Part shown: piece after piece, positions 9,069-17,470 of the stretch
Layout: each line of letters begins with the position of its first letter
Position numbering within the stretch: position 1 is the first letter of the stretch
NCBI GenBank assembly: GCA_034180005.1
Contig: JAXFPC010000024.1
Span: 6,246-38,245 of the forward strand
Reading direction: 5' to 3'
DNA: 32,000 nt
Origin: Acidaminococcaceae bacterium
GTDB lineage: Bacteria; Bacillota; Negativicutes; Acidaminococcales; Acidaminococcaceae
Translations under genes and position numbers: made by a program
Notes under the pieces: generated by a model
The model's input: only the letters and a program-made list of their open reading frames with translations
The model's database searches: none
What the model was told of the DNA's origin: nothing

Positions 9069-9875
9069 TTATCGTACCACGATAGTTATATTATTGGCAT
9101 CAGCCAAAGCAATGGTTTTCTCTCGTTCCACTATTAAAGTATTGCCCGATTCTATAATGATGCCTGTTGCTCCGGCGTGAATCATAGCCTCCAACGTTTT
9201 GGTTCCGAAACCCGGAATATCAAAGCGCTGATCTTGCGCAGGCTTGGCAGTCTTGGCAACGATTACGCCGCCCTTACCCAAATAACCGCCGCGCAAAATA
9301 CAGGCATCGGTTCCTTCAATCGCTTCCACTGCCATCACTGCTCTGTTTTTTACTACAACCGTCTGTCCTATGTCAAGACCTCCGATGGCCTTGGCCATGG
9401 TAAAGCCGAAATCCATATCCACCAGCTCTGTTTCTGTGGGAGCTCTTTTAGTGAGCACTCCCGGCGCAGGCAGCAATGGTTTGATTAAAATTGTCTGATC
9501 CATGACTTCCATGCCTTCGCTCTCCAGTTCGTACACGATGGCCTTCATCAAAGTGTCATCTCTGCGATCCGGAACGGAAGCCAAAATTTTCAGAGCGCGA
9601 AGATCCGGAACAATCGCTCCGACCTTGTATAAAACTTCCTTCGTCACCTTGCCTATCATCGTCACCTTGGCGACATGATGTTGCTTGAGGACCGAAATAA
9701 TTTTGCCGACTCTGCCCACATTAATTTCATAATAACTGTCGACACTGTCAGCCAACTCGGCATCTGTTCCCGGAACAAGAGCGATAGCGATCACTTCATA
9801 ACCGAGTTTTTTTGCCGAACGCGCCACCTCTACAGGTAAATGCCCCACTCCCGCAAGAATACCCAAAGTTTCCAT
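9069..9875 (-). CDS. lpxI: UDP-2,3-diacylglucosamine hydrolase, LpxI type (DUF1009)
   Basis: METLGILAGVGHLPVEVARSAKKLGYEVIAIAL..., then GGLDIGQTVVVKNRAVMAVEAIEGTD, typical of the LpxI family. It sits between lpxA and lpxB, the arrangement known for lpxI. The ATG at 9875 lies 1 nt after the lpxA stop. The track start at 9914 adds 13 residues that overlap lpxA. Confidence 0.8.
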   Translation of the reverse strand: METLGILAGVGHLPVEVARSAKKLGYEVIAIALVPGTDAELADSVDSYYEINVGRVGKIISVLKQHHVAKVTMIGKVTKEVLYKVGAIVPDLRALKILASVPDRRDDTLMKAIVYELESEGMEVMDQTILIKPLLPAPGVLTKRAPTETELVDMDFGFTMAKAIGGLDIGQTVVVKNRAVMAVEAIEGTDACILRGGYLGKGGVIVAKTAKPAQDQRFDIPGFGTKTLEAMIHAGATGIIIESGNTLIVEREKTIALADANNITIVVR

Positions 9876-9876
9876 A

Positions 9877-10683
9877 TCAGCCTCTGCGTGTGCGGATAAT
9901 GCCGCGCTCAACATTGCGCAAAAATCTCAGAAGATATTCTACCGGTTCACAGCTGAGCAACTCCTGCTCCATAGTCTCGATGGATTCCTTTAATGACAAT
10001 CCGCTGTGGTATAAAATACGAAAAGCTTTTTTCAACTCGCTGCGTTCTTCGGCAGGCATTCCAGCACGAGAAAGCCCTACGCTGTTAAGACCGGAAACAA
10101 AACACGGATCTCCCGCAGCAATCATGAAAGGCGGAATATCCTGCGCCACGCGAGCCATGCCGCCGATCATAACATTGCGACCTATTTTGGTAAATTGGTG
10201 CACGGCGGATAAGCCGCCGATGACGGCGCGGTCTTCTACGATAACGTGACCTGCAAGAGTAGCAACATTGGACATGACAACATTATTGCCCACCGTACAG
10301 TTATGAGCAACATGAGTATACGCCATCATGAGAATATTATTACCGATACGAGTCTCGTTGCCCTCGCCGCAAGCTCTGTTTACAGTGCAACATTCGCGGA
10401 ATACACCGCCGTCTCCTATAACCGTGAAAGTTTTTTCACCGACAAACTTCAGATCCTGAGGATTGCCGCCGATGGAACAGCCGGGATAAAAGACGCAGTT
10501 CTTGCCAATGGTAGTGTACTTGTGAATAACAGCATGCGCACCTATCGTGCAACCATCGCCAATGACTACACTATCGTCAATGATTGCGTAAGGACCTATT
10601 TTGACACCCTCGCCTATAACAGCGTCCGGATGAATAATTGCAGTAGGATGGATACCTTCTTCCGGCATAATAACCGAACTCAT
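9877..10683 (-). CDS. lpxA: Acyl-ACP:UDP-N-acetylglucosamine O-acyltransferase
   Basis: 268 aa. Left-handed beta-helix hexapeptide repeats throughout (IHPTAIIHPDAVIGEGVKIGPYAII...), MIGGMARVAQDIPPF, and a helical C-terminal domain. ATG with an AGGAG RBS. Confidence 0.93.
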   Translation of the reverse strand: MSSVIMPEEGIHPTAIIHPDAVIGEGVKIGPYAIIDDSVVIGDGCTIGAHAVIHKYTTIGKNCVFYPGCSIGGNPQDLKFVGEKTFTVIGDGGVFRECCTVNRACGEGNETRIGNNILMMAYTHVAHNCTVGNNVVMSNVATLAGHVIVEDRAVIGGLSAVHQFTKIGRNVMIGGMARVAQDIPPFMIAAGDPCFVSGLNSVGLSRAGMPAEERSELKKAFRILYHSGLSLKESIETMEQELLSCEPVEYLLRFLRNVERGIIRTRRG

Positions 10684-10774
10684 AACATTTCACTCCTCAT
10701 ATAATCATCTCATCATCAATCGTTTAAATAATGAGTTCACAGACATCATTCTTTACAGTCGGAAAACACTATAC

Positions 10775-10803
10775 ATTTTAACTGTTGTCAAAGGTGTTTG
10801 CAA
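10775..10803 (-). promoter_or_regulatory. Predicted sigma-A-type promoter for lpxA-lpxI (-35 TTGCAA, 17-bp spacer, -10 TAAAAT)
   Basis: Minus strand reads TTGCAA (10803..10798), ACACCTTTGACAACAGT (17 nt), TAAAAT (10780..10775). It lies directly downstream of the fabZ terminator and about 90 nt upstream of the lpxA ATG. Pattern match only. Confidence 0.55.
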
Positions 10804-10853
10804 GAAAATTAAAGCAGATTTTTGAGCAATTACTCAAAATATCTGCTTTTTTT
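10804..10853 (-). terminator. Hairpin terminator after fabZ (bidirectional-looking)
   Basis: Minus strand reads GCAGATATTTTGAG-TAATTG-CTCAAAAATCTGC: a 13-bp stem with one bulged A and a 6-nt loop, followed by TTTAATTTTCTTG. On the plus strand the same hairpin is followed by seven T's. Confidence 0.5.
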
Positions 10854-10893
10854 AACACAACACTATTTTATTTTATGCAATCTTGGCATTTAC

Positions 10894-11337
10894 TTATTCC
10901 TTGGAATCCATGATGGCAAAAGTGCAGTCGCATTGACAGGCGACCTTTCCGTCCACAGTACCGATACAACGAATGACACCCATACTGCCGCGCATAATTT
11001 TGATTACCTCTGCCGTCGTAACCAACTGATCGCCAGGAACAATCTGTTTACGGAAGCGAACATTATCAATCTTAGCAAATACGGCGATCTTTCCCCTGTT
11101 TTCTTCCGGATAAAGCATCGCTACACCGCCTACCTGAGCCATGGCCTCTATAAGAAGCACGCCAGGCATGATCGGTTCGTTAGGAAAATGACCCAGAAAC
11201 TGTACTTCGTTGGCAGTAATATTTTTTATGCCGACGGCACGTTTCATAGGTTCCACTTCTAAGATACGATCTACCAAAAGCATAGGATAGCGATGAGGCA
11301 GAATCTTTTTAATTTCGTTTATATCCAATACTGTCAT
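10894..11337 (-). CDS. fabZ: 3-hydroxyacyl-ACP dehydratase
   Basis: 147 aa. [15 protein letters not shown] and [20 protein letters not shown] are classic FabZ hot-dog motifs. A GAGGAG RBS lies inside the lpxC 3' end. Confidence 0.93.
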   Translation of the reverse strand: MTVLDINEIKKILPHRYPMLLVDRILEVEPMKRAVGIKNITANEVQFLGHFPNEPIMPGVLLIEAMAQVGGVAMLYPEENRGKIAVFAKIDNVRFRKQIVPGDQLVTTAEVIKIMRGSMGVIRCIGTVDGKVACQCDCTFAIMDSKE

Positions 11338-11339
11338 AC

Positions 11340-12182
11340 TTACTCCTCACTCCTGTACGATTCTATTTGCCCGGCAACTGCAGCGTTAAAAGCGTGCCCG
11401 GATTTGACCGCAATCACATGCGCCTTAATATGTCCCAAAAGATATAAATCTCCGATAACATCTAAAATTTTATGCCGAATCAGCTCATCGTCAAAGCGCG
11501 GAACTGAAAGCATTTCATCTTTATCAAACACCACTACGTTCTCTACACTTCCGCCTAAGCCGAGACCTAAACTTTTCAGCATTTCCAGTTCTTCTGTAAA
11601 GGCAACCGTTCTGGCAGCCATAATTTGTTCTTTGAAGCTGTCACGATCAAGTTCAATATCATAATACTGAGTCCCAAGCAGCGGATGTTTGTTTACCGAT
11701 ACGAAAGATATTCTGTATCCGTCATAAGGAACCACTGTTATGAAGCGATCTCCATCGTAAAAAGAAAATTCCTTCGTAACTTTGTAAATATTTCTCTCAG
11801 CTTGCTGTGCAACGATGCCCGCCTCTTCCAAAAGTTCGCAAAACACCTTGGCGCTCCCGTCCGTAACGGGAGGTTCCGGAGACGACATCTCAATCCTGAT
11901 ATTATCGACGCCTTCCATGGATAAGGCAGCCATCAGATGCTCAACAGTAAATACCTCAGCTCCGTTTTCAGAAAGAGTTGTCGCTTTAACAGTGGAACTG
12001 ACATTTTTTACAGTCGCTCTTATTTCAGGACGCCCCTGTAAATCGGTACGCACGAACACTATACCGCTGTTCGGAGCGGCAGGTTTCAGTTCCATCAGCA
12101 CTTCCTTTCCGGAATGCAACCCGATGCCGGAATAAGTTATGCTGCGCTTTATTGTCTGCTGTAAGTTATTTTCGCAATTCAT
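11340..12182 (-). CDS. lpxC: UDP-3-O-acyl-N-acetylglucosamine deacetylase
   Basis: 280 aa. [30 protein letters not shown] and SGHAFNAAV match LpxC motifs. Confidence 0.93.
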   Translation of the reverse strand: MNCENNLQQTIKRSITYSGIGLHSGKEVLMELKPAAPNSGIVFVRTDLQGRPEIRATVKNVSSTVKATTLSENGAEVFTVEHLMAALSMEGVDNIRIEMSSPEPPVTDGSAKVFCELLEEAGIVAQQAERNIYKVTKEFSFYDGDRFITVVPYDGYRISFVSVNKHPLLGTQYYDIELDRDSFKEQIMAARTVAFTEELEMLKSLGLGLGGSVENVVVFDKDEMLSVPRFDDELIRHKILDVIGDLYLLGHIKAHVIAVKSGHAFNAAVAGQIESYRSEE

Positions 12183-12184
12183 TA

Positions 12185-13081
12185 TTAACCTTCCTGATTA
12201 TTTTTAAATCGTCTTCTTCCGTCTTTCCAACGATCGTGCACCCAAAACCACATGGAAGGATCACTGCTGATCTCCTCTTCGAGTATCGCTGCTAATTTTT
12301 CCGTAACAGCTACACAATCAGCATTCTTATCTTCACTACATCCCGCATACAAAGCCGGATACACTTTTACGACGCTTTTCCCGTCTTCCCTGTTATGAAT
12401 GAAAGCCGGCACCACCGGAGTTCCGTATAAACGCGAAAAAGCTGCTGAGCCGAGCGGAATTACAGAATCTTTTCCAAAAAGTTTAAGGCATACACCGTCA
12501 TCATTTGTGTCCTGATCATACAGTATGCCAAGAAATTTTTTCTCGCGCAAAGCCCTGCTGATAGCCATCAGACCGTGCCTACCTCTGTTGTAAGCTATTT
12601 TTTGCCCGACGGACTGCCTGTATTCATTGACAAACCTATCCATGCTGCCGTTGTTTTGCTTTCTGGCAATAGACAGCATATCATACCCAAGCAAAGAAAT
12701 CGCCGCTCCCAAAAGCTCCCAGTTTCCAAAATGTGCGGTAGCTATAATAACCCCACGATCTTTAGCGGCAGCTTCACGCAGATTTTCCAATCCTTCAAAT
12801 TCTACAAATTCATCCAGATTAGTCGGCTTCAGAAGCGGAAAACGCAAAAACTCTACTGCCATACGCCCGAATCTGTACAAGCTGGCATCGGCAATACAAG
12901 CGGCATCGGTTCCACTCACGCCCAAACATTCCCTGATATTTGCAGCCGCCATCTTTTTACGCCAGGCCGGCGCAAATATCAAAGCCAAATTCCCCAGTAA
13001 ACTTCCCAGAGACTTACTTACCCAAGCAGGAGCCACACACACAAATCTGCTTACAATTTTAATCAGATAGTATCCTAACAA
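12185..13081 (-). CDS. Lipid A late acyltransferase, LpxL/HtrB (lysophospholipid acyltransferase) family
   Basis: 298 aa. N-terminal membrane anchor, HFGNWE (HX4E) motif, ILYDQD. The start at 13081 is TTG and no in-frame ATG is nearby. The N-terminus aligns with the paralog at 1..394. Confidence 0.8.
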   Translation of the reverse strand: MLGYYLIKIVSRFVCVAPAWVSKSLGSLLGNLALIFAPAWRKKMAAANIRECLGVSGTDAACIADASLYRFGRMAVEFLRFPLLKPTNLDEFVEFEGLENLREAAAKDRGVIIATAHFGNWELLGAAISLLGYDMLSIARKQNNGSMDRFVNEYRQSVGQKIAYNRGRHGLMAISRALREKKFLGILYDQDTNDDGVCLKLFGKDSVIPLGSAAFSRLYGTPVVPAFIHNREDGKSVVKVYPALYAGCSEDKNADCVAVTEKLAAILEEEISSDPSMWFWVHDRWKDGRRRFKNNQEG

Positions 13082-13130
13082 AATACATGTTCCCCAAAAT
13101 TCTCCGGCTTATCGTTGCCGGCAATTTCTT

Positions 13131-14162
13131 CTATAAACCTGAACTTTGCAGACGCTCAAGTTCTTTCCGCAGCTCTTTAAGCTGCTTCTGCATGTCGCTG
13201 ACCTTGCGCAGACTTGCTTCGTGTCGCAGCCATGCTTTCATCGGCATGGCCGGAAATCCTCCCATGACCGCTCCGTCAGCCACATTGTTCGTTATGCCGG
13301 CTCTTGCTCCGAAAGTACAGTTATTGCCTATGCTGATGTGCCCTACCGTCCCGGATTGTCCGCCAAAAGTGCAGTTATCGCCAACGGTAACGCTTCCCGA
13401 AATACCAACATGAGCTACCACAAGACAATTTTTTCCCAGCACATCATTATGTCCCAGGTGAACCAGATTATCTATTTTTGTTCCCTTGCCGACAACGGTA
13501 CTGTTGACAGTACCCCGGTCTATACATGTGTTCGAGCCTATTTCAACATCATCCTCAAGAATAACATTGCCTGTCTGAGGAACTTTGGTATGCACTCCGG
13601 CTTGCGTAACAAACCCGAAGCCGTCTCCGCCGATAACGGCGCCCGCCTGCAGAATGACTCTGTTTCCCAAAACACAGTCTTCGCGAACAGTAACATGAGG
13701 ATAAAGAAGGCAATTTTGTCCCAACTTTACACGTTTGCCAACATACGCATGCGGATAGATAATTGAACCGCTGCCAATCTCAGCACCATCTTCAACTACG
13801 GCAAAAGGCATCACGGCGACATTTTCACTCAACTTGGCTCCAGGGGCGACATATGCCAACGGACTGACTGTCATTTCAACGCTTTCCTGAGCATGAAATA
13901 ATTCCAGCAACGAAGCAAACGCCGCACGCGGATTTTCAACCCTGATGACGGGACGGTCATGAAGCACGGGATCATCTTTTCCCAAAACAATTACGCCGGC
14001 GCTGCTTAAATGACACTGCTCCACATAAGGAGGCACTGCAAAAGAAATATCTTCAGCTCCTGCTTCAAGCAATCCTCTTACTCCCGTTATCTTCAGTTCT
14101 CCATTATCATTTTCCAAAGACCCATGCAAAAATTCAGCCAACTCCAGCGGGCTCTTCTCCAT
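13131..14162 (-). CDS. lpxD: UDP-3-O-acylglucosamine N-acyltransferase
   Basis: About 343 aa. N-terminal uridine-binding domain, long hexapeptide beta-helix (GHNDVLGKNCLVVAHVGISGSVTVGDNCTFGGQSG...), and a C-terminal helix. The ATG at 14162 has GGAGG 7 nt upstream. The track start at 14165 is GTG. Confidence 0.92.
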   Translation of the reverse strand: MEKSPLELAEFLHGSLENDNGELKITGVRGLLEAGAEDISFAVPPYVEQCHLSSAGVIVLGKDDPVLHDRPVIRVENPRAAFASLLELFHAQESVEMTVSPLAYVAPGAKLSENVAVMPFAVVEDGAEIGSGSIIYPHAYVGKRVKLGQNCLLYPHVTVREDCVLGNRVILQAGAVIGGDGFGFVTQAGVHTKVPQTGNVILEDDVEIGSNTCIDRGTVNSTVVGKGTKIDNLVHLGHNDVLGKNCLVVAHVGISGSVTVGDNCTFGGQSGTVGHISIGNNCTFGARAGITNNVADGAVMGGFPAMPMKAWLRHEASLRKVSDMQKQLKELRKELERLQSSGL

Positions 14163-14220
14163 CACTCTGCCTCCATTATTCCCCCGCCTCCGGGCGAAGG
14201 ATACTGACTTAATCGCAGCA

Positions 14221-14628
14221 TTATTTCATTTTTTCGATAACCTGAGCGGTTACATCCTGCCCGCCTTGAGGCACCGCTTCCTTGACGAGGATGGCGCCGA
14301 GATTTTTCTCTTTGGCAACCTGAGCCAGTGCGGTTTCAAAACTTGCTTTTAATTTATTCTGTGCCTCACTTTGAAGCAGACGAACTTTCGCAGAATAATC
14401 CTGGGCAATTTTAGCCTGCTCTTCCGCACTTTTTCCGGCAACTTCCTTTTCCATTTGCGCCTTCAGTTCTTCAACTTTCTTAGTTCCTTCTTCTTTTGTG
14501 GTCTTAACTATTGGCGCTTCACTTTCAACTTTTTTCATATCCACAGTACCGAATTCGGCAGTACGTCCTCCACAACCGAAGGAAAGCAAAGCTACTGCCA
14601 CCATAAGAGCAACTATAATTTTTTTCAT
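14221..14628 (-). CDS. skp: OmpH/Skp-family periplasmic chaperone (short paralog, possibly lipid-anchored)
   Basis: Signal peptide MKKIIVALMVAVALLSFGC. The body is E/K/A/Q-rich and helical. The C-terminal block VAKEKNLGAILVKEAVPQGGQDVTAQVIEKM is typical of OmpH. The ATG at 14628 has a GAGGG RBS. The track start at 14643 is GTG. Confidence 0.75.
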   Translation of the reverse strand: MKKIIVALMVAVALLSFGCGGRTAEFGTVDMKKVESEAPIVKTTKEEGTKKVEELKAQMEKEVAGKSAEEQAKIAQDYSAKVRLLQSEAQNKLKASFETALAQVAKEKNLGAILVKEAVPQGGQDVTAQVIEKMK

Positions 14629-14647
14629 TACCTGAACCCTCACTTAT

Positions 14648-15565
14648 TTATTTGTTCTTGATTTCTTTAACAACTTCATCAGTCAAATCATCAGCCTTGA
14701 CATTTACCTTGTACTCGTTGAAAACCACAGTATAACCTCTCTCTTGAGCTAATTTCATAACTGCGCTCTCAATATCGGCTTCTATCTTCTTCCTCAGCTC
14801 TTCATTTTTTTCCCGCTGTTTGCCGATTTCCTGGTCCATAATCTCAAGAGCTTTTTGCAAAGCCTGCGGGGCCGCGCCCAGTTTTTCCGAATATTCGTCA
14901 TCGCCTGCTGACAAATCGGCGCGAACTTTCTTTCCTAACTCTTCAGCCTTATCACCGAGTCGCTCGTTCATCACAAGCACATACGGTTGCATTTTTTCTT
15001 TCAGGTAAGCCTGCTTTTCTGCCGCAAGCAACTCCAGTTTTTTCCCAAAATCGTCCTGAGTGCTTTGTAAAATCTGCTCTACAGCTTGCCGCTCTTCCTG
15101 TTTCATTTTCACAGCTTCCAACTGCAGACGAAGATTGAATATTTTTAGACGATACTCCTGTTCCAACGCCTGTCGACGCTCATGAATCAGCGCGTCGGCC
15201 TCCCGCTCCAGAGCGGCAAACTGTCTTTCCAAACGTTTACCTTCTTCGGCATGAGCTTCAGCCATTTTAGCATTAAATTCCGCTTCTGCATAACTCTGTC
15301 TGCTTCGTTGCTGAAGTGCACGCAATTTTAACACGCTGTCCAGTTGAGATTTAGCACGCAGCGCCTGTGCGTCACGTTTGCGCAACAAATCCTCCACAAT
15401 CTTCTCATTACGGCGTAAGCTCTCCTCTTGAGGATGACCGGCCACAGCATCTTTCCAATTTACAACTGCCAGTTTATCTTTTCCCGATTTGCCGGAACCG
15501 CAGGCGGAAATCAGCAGTACAGCCGTAATCAAGATACTTATTCTCGCTACTAATGGCCTGCTCAA
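14648..15565 (-). CDS. skp: OmpH/Skp-family protein, double-length coiled-coil variant, predicted lipoprotein
   Basis: 305 aa. Signal peptide with lipobox LLISAC. OmpH-like ends (KLAVVNWKDAVAGHPQ ... LAQERGYTVVFNEYKVNVKADDLTDEVVKEIKN) flank about 230 aa of E/K/Q/A/L-rich helix. TTG start at 15565 preceded by AGGAGGAG. Confidence 0.7.
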   Translation of the reverse strand: MSRPLVARISILITAVLLISACGSGKSGKDKLAVVNWKDAVAGHPQEESLRRNEKIVEDLLRKRDAQALRAKSQLDSVLKLRALQQRSRQSYAEAEFNAKMAEAHAEEGKRLERQFAALEREADALIHERRQALEQEYRLKIFNLRLQLEAVKMKQEERQAVEQILQSTQDDFGKKLELLAAEKQAYLKEKMQPYVLVMNERLGDKAEELGKKVRADLSAGDDEYSEKLGAAPQALQKALEIMDQEIGKQREKNEELRKKIEADIESAVMKLAQERGYTVVFNEYKVNVKADDLTDEVVKEIKNK

Positions 15566-15610
15566 AAAATCTCCTCCTGCCGAATCTTATTACTGCATCC
15601 TCAAAAAAAA

Positions 15611-16096
15611 TTATTTTGCACTTTGTACAGCCTTGGCGACCTCATCGGTAATATCAACACCGCCGTAAATAACATTGCTCTTCTCTACCACTACCGAAAG
15701 ACCTTTTTTATCAGCCACTTTCTTAATGGTGTCTTCTATTTTTTTAAGAACAGGCTCCATCAATTCTTTTTCTTTGTTAGCCAAACGCTCCTCGATCTGG
15801 GTAAAATAGCGTTTCTTTTCCTCTTCGTTCATGCTCTTGGATTTCTCTTCAAAATCTTTTTGAGCGTTTTCAACTTCCGCTTTCATTGTATTGTTGACAT
15901 TTTGCAGATCAGGACTTTGACTGACAATCATACGGTAATTCACAACGCCTATAGCAGATTCACCGGCCGCAGCAGAAGCCACTTTGCTGAAACCGCTCTG
16001 ACTAAGAGATAATGCGAAGCAGCCCAAAACAAAAACTGCAGCTACAAACAAGGAAACCATTTTAACGTTTTTGGGATTACGCAAATATTCCATCAT
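15611..16096 (-). CDS. skp: OmpH/Skp-family periplasmic chaperone
   Basis: 161 aa. Signal peptide VSLFVAAVFVLGCFALSLS. Contains AIGVVNYRMIVSQSPDLQ and VADKKGLSVVVEKSNVIYGGVDITDEVAKAV, typical of OmpH. Confidence 0.8.
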   Translation of the reverse strand: MMEYLRNPKNVKMVSLFVAAVFVLGCFALSLSQSGFSKVASAAAGESAIGVVNYRMIVSQSPDLQNVNNTMKAEVENAQKDFEEKSKSMNEEEKKRYFTQIEERLANKEKELMEPVLKKIEDTIKKVADKKGLSVVVEKSNVIYGGVDITDEVAKAVQSAK

Positions 16097-16142
16097 AACT
16101 ATACATACCTACTTTCTTTCACTTGATACTATGGCATTTTAT

Positions 16143-16171
16143 ATTATATCAGTCTGCGCAGATTCTTTCAA
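16143..16171 (-). promoter_or_regulatory. Predicted sigma-A-type promoter for the skp-lpxD-lpxC-fabZ unit (-35 TTGAAA, 17-bp spacer, -10 TATAAT)
   Basis: Minus strand reads TTGAAA (16171..16166), GAATCTGCGCAGACTGA (17 nt, containing the palindrome TCTGCGCAGA), TATAAT (16148..16143). The -35 begins 6 nt after the upstream stop codon. Pattern match only. Confidence 0.55.
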
Positions 16172-16177
16172 GAAACA

Positions 16178-17452
16178 CTACAAATTTCCTATGACACGCA
16201 GATAAAACTCCTTGCCGCCGTAGACGTACTCCGTGCTTAAGAATTCATGGATCCTGTACCTTACAGCAAATTCATTTCTGTTCTGTTCGGAATAGTGCTC
16301 CGCTCGCAGCTTCCACTTCGGACCCAGTTCATACTCCAACCGGTAAACATTTTCTCGCGCCGGCATGCGGTATCTGTAACTCCACTTGCTGCGCCCCCAA
16401 TGATGGTTCATACCTACGCTTCCCTGCCAACGAACGTCATCAAAAACAAGTTCTCCCTCGGCAAAAAGTTCATTGCGTCCGGAAATAAATTTCCCGATAT
16501 GAGCCGTACCTGAAAGATTATTTTCTTTTCTGCCAATATCACCGTAACCTTCGAACCAAATCCTGTAATCGGACGAATGCAAAACGATATTGACCGTCAA
16601 ATCCGCTCCCGGTTCCAGAGTTACAGTGGGCTTTAAAGCGTAAATCTGCAATTCTCTTTCGCGAAGAAGTTTTTCCGTCAGCTGCTTCTCCAAAACATTT
16701 CTGTTTGCCTTAACATATTCCACCGGCATACCTCTGAGTTTTTCACACTCGGAAATATATTTATATTTCAATTTCATCAACAGAATATTTGGAATATCGT
16801 CGCTCCTAAGTTCGTATTTTATATTTCTGACAAGTTGTCCTACAGGAAATATGATCACCTGAACTGTCGTCGCTCCTCCGTCATATTGCAGCACATCGAC
16901 AGCAGCCTTAAACTCCGGCAAACTTTCTTCGACGCGCTCGCGCACTAACCGTCGCAAAACTCCCCCGGCCCAATCTCCGGCATCAACCGATGCGCCGTTG
17001 ATAGCCTTCGTCAGTTCACAGCGCAGCGACGGTAACCGACTCTCCAATTCTGCGGCTGTCGCATCGTCAATCCCGGAAAATTTCAGATCGATAACAGGCG
17101 AAACTATCACACTGCTCCATGGCTTGGCGTACATGCGCACTCGCAAAACTCTTCCGGCATCAAACTCAACATTTTTCAACTCATATCCGGTAAAAACTCT
17201 GTCTCCGATTTCGGCAAGAAGCCTGCTGTATTCGCCGCGCGAACTTTCTACAGCTACGCTCTCTTTGTCCAGAAAGAGTTGTTCACACACCACCTGCATA
17301 CTGGTGGCCATTTTTTTCAGAAGAAGATCGCTGGTACTGCCGCCCGTATCAATAACATCTACGTAAACTTCTTCAATATTTGCAGAAAAGGCCTGCTGCA
17401 CCGGCAGCAGGCTCACAAAAACTGCAGCTAAAACACTACGGTATAGCTTCAT
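16178..17452 (-). CDS. Secreted protein of unknown function (alpha/beta N-terminal region, beta-strand-rich C-terminus), bamA-adjacent
   Basis: Long ORF in an operon-like position. Signal peptide MKLYRSVLAAVFVSLLPVQQAFSA. I recognise no family motif. The last ~130 aa show alternating aromatic/polar strand patterns (YRIWFEGYG, KWSYRYRM, VYRLEYELG, FAVRYRI). The ATG at 17452 lies 19 nt after the bamA stop. The track start at 17467 is TTG. Confidence 0.8.
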   Translation of the reverse strand: MKLYRSVLAAVFVSLLPVQQAFSANIEEVYVDVIDTGGSTSDLLLKKMATSMQVVCEQLFLDKESVAVESSRGEYSRLLAEIGDRVFTGYELKNVEFDAGRVLRVRMYAKPWSSVIVSPVIDLKFSGIDDATAAELESRLPSLRCELTKAINGASVDAGDWAGGVLRRLVRERVEESLPEFKAAVDVLQYDGGATTVQVIIFPVGQLVRNIKYELRSDDIPNILLMKLKYKYISECEKLRGMPVEYVKANRNVLEKQLTEKLLRERELQIYALKPTVTLEPGADLTVNIVLHSSDYRIWFEGYGDIGRKENNLSGTAHIGKFISGRNELFAEGELVFDDVRWQGSVGMNHHWGRSKWSYRYRMPARENVYRLEYELGPKWKLRAEHYSEQNRNEFAVRYRIHEFLSTEYVYGGKEFYLRVIGNL

Positions 17453-17470
17453 GGATATCACCAACAAACT

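Noticed and set aside
10804-10853. The fabZ-lpxA hairpin read as a plus-strand terminator (seven T's follow it on the plus strand)
   Set aside because: There is no credible plus-strand gene for it to terminate. I report it as a minus-strand, bidirectional-looking terminator instead.
14182-14199. GC-rich hairpin (CTTCGCC-CGGA-GGCGGGG on the minus strand) between the last skp and lpxD
   Set aside because: It is not followed by a U-tract and sits just upstream of the lpxD RBS, so it is unlikely to be a terminator. It may be a minor mRNA structure, but the evidence is too weak to call a feature.
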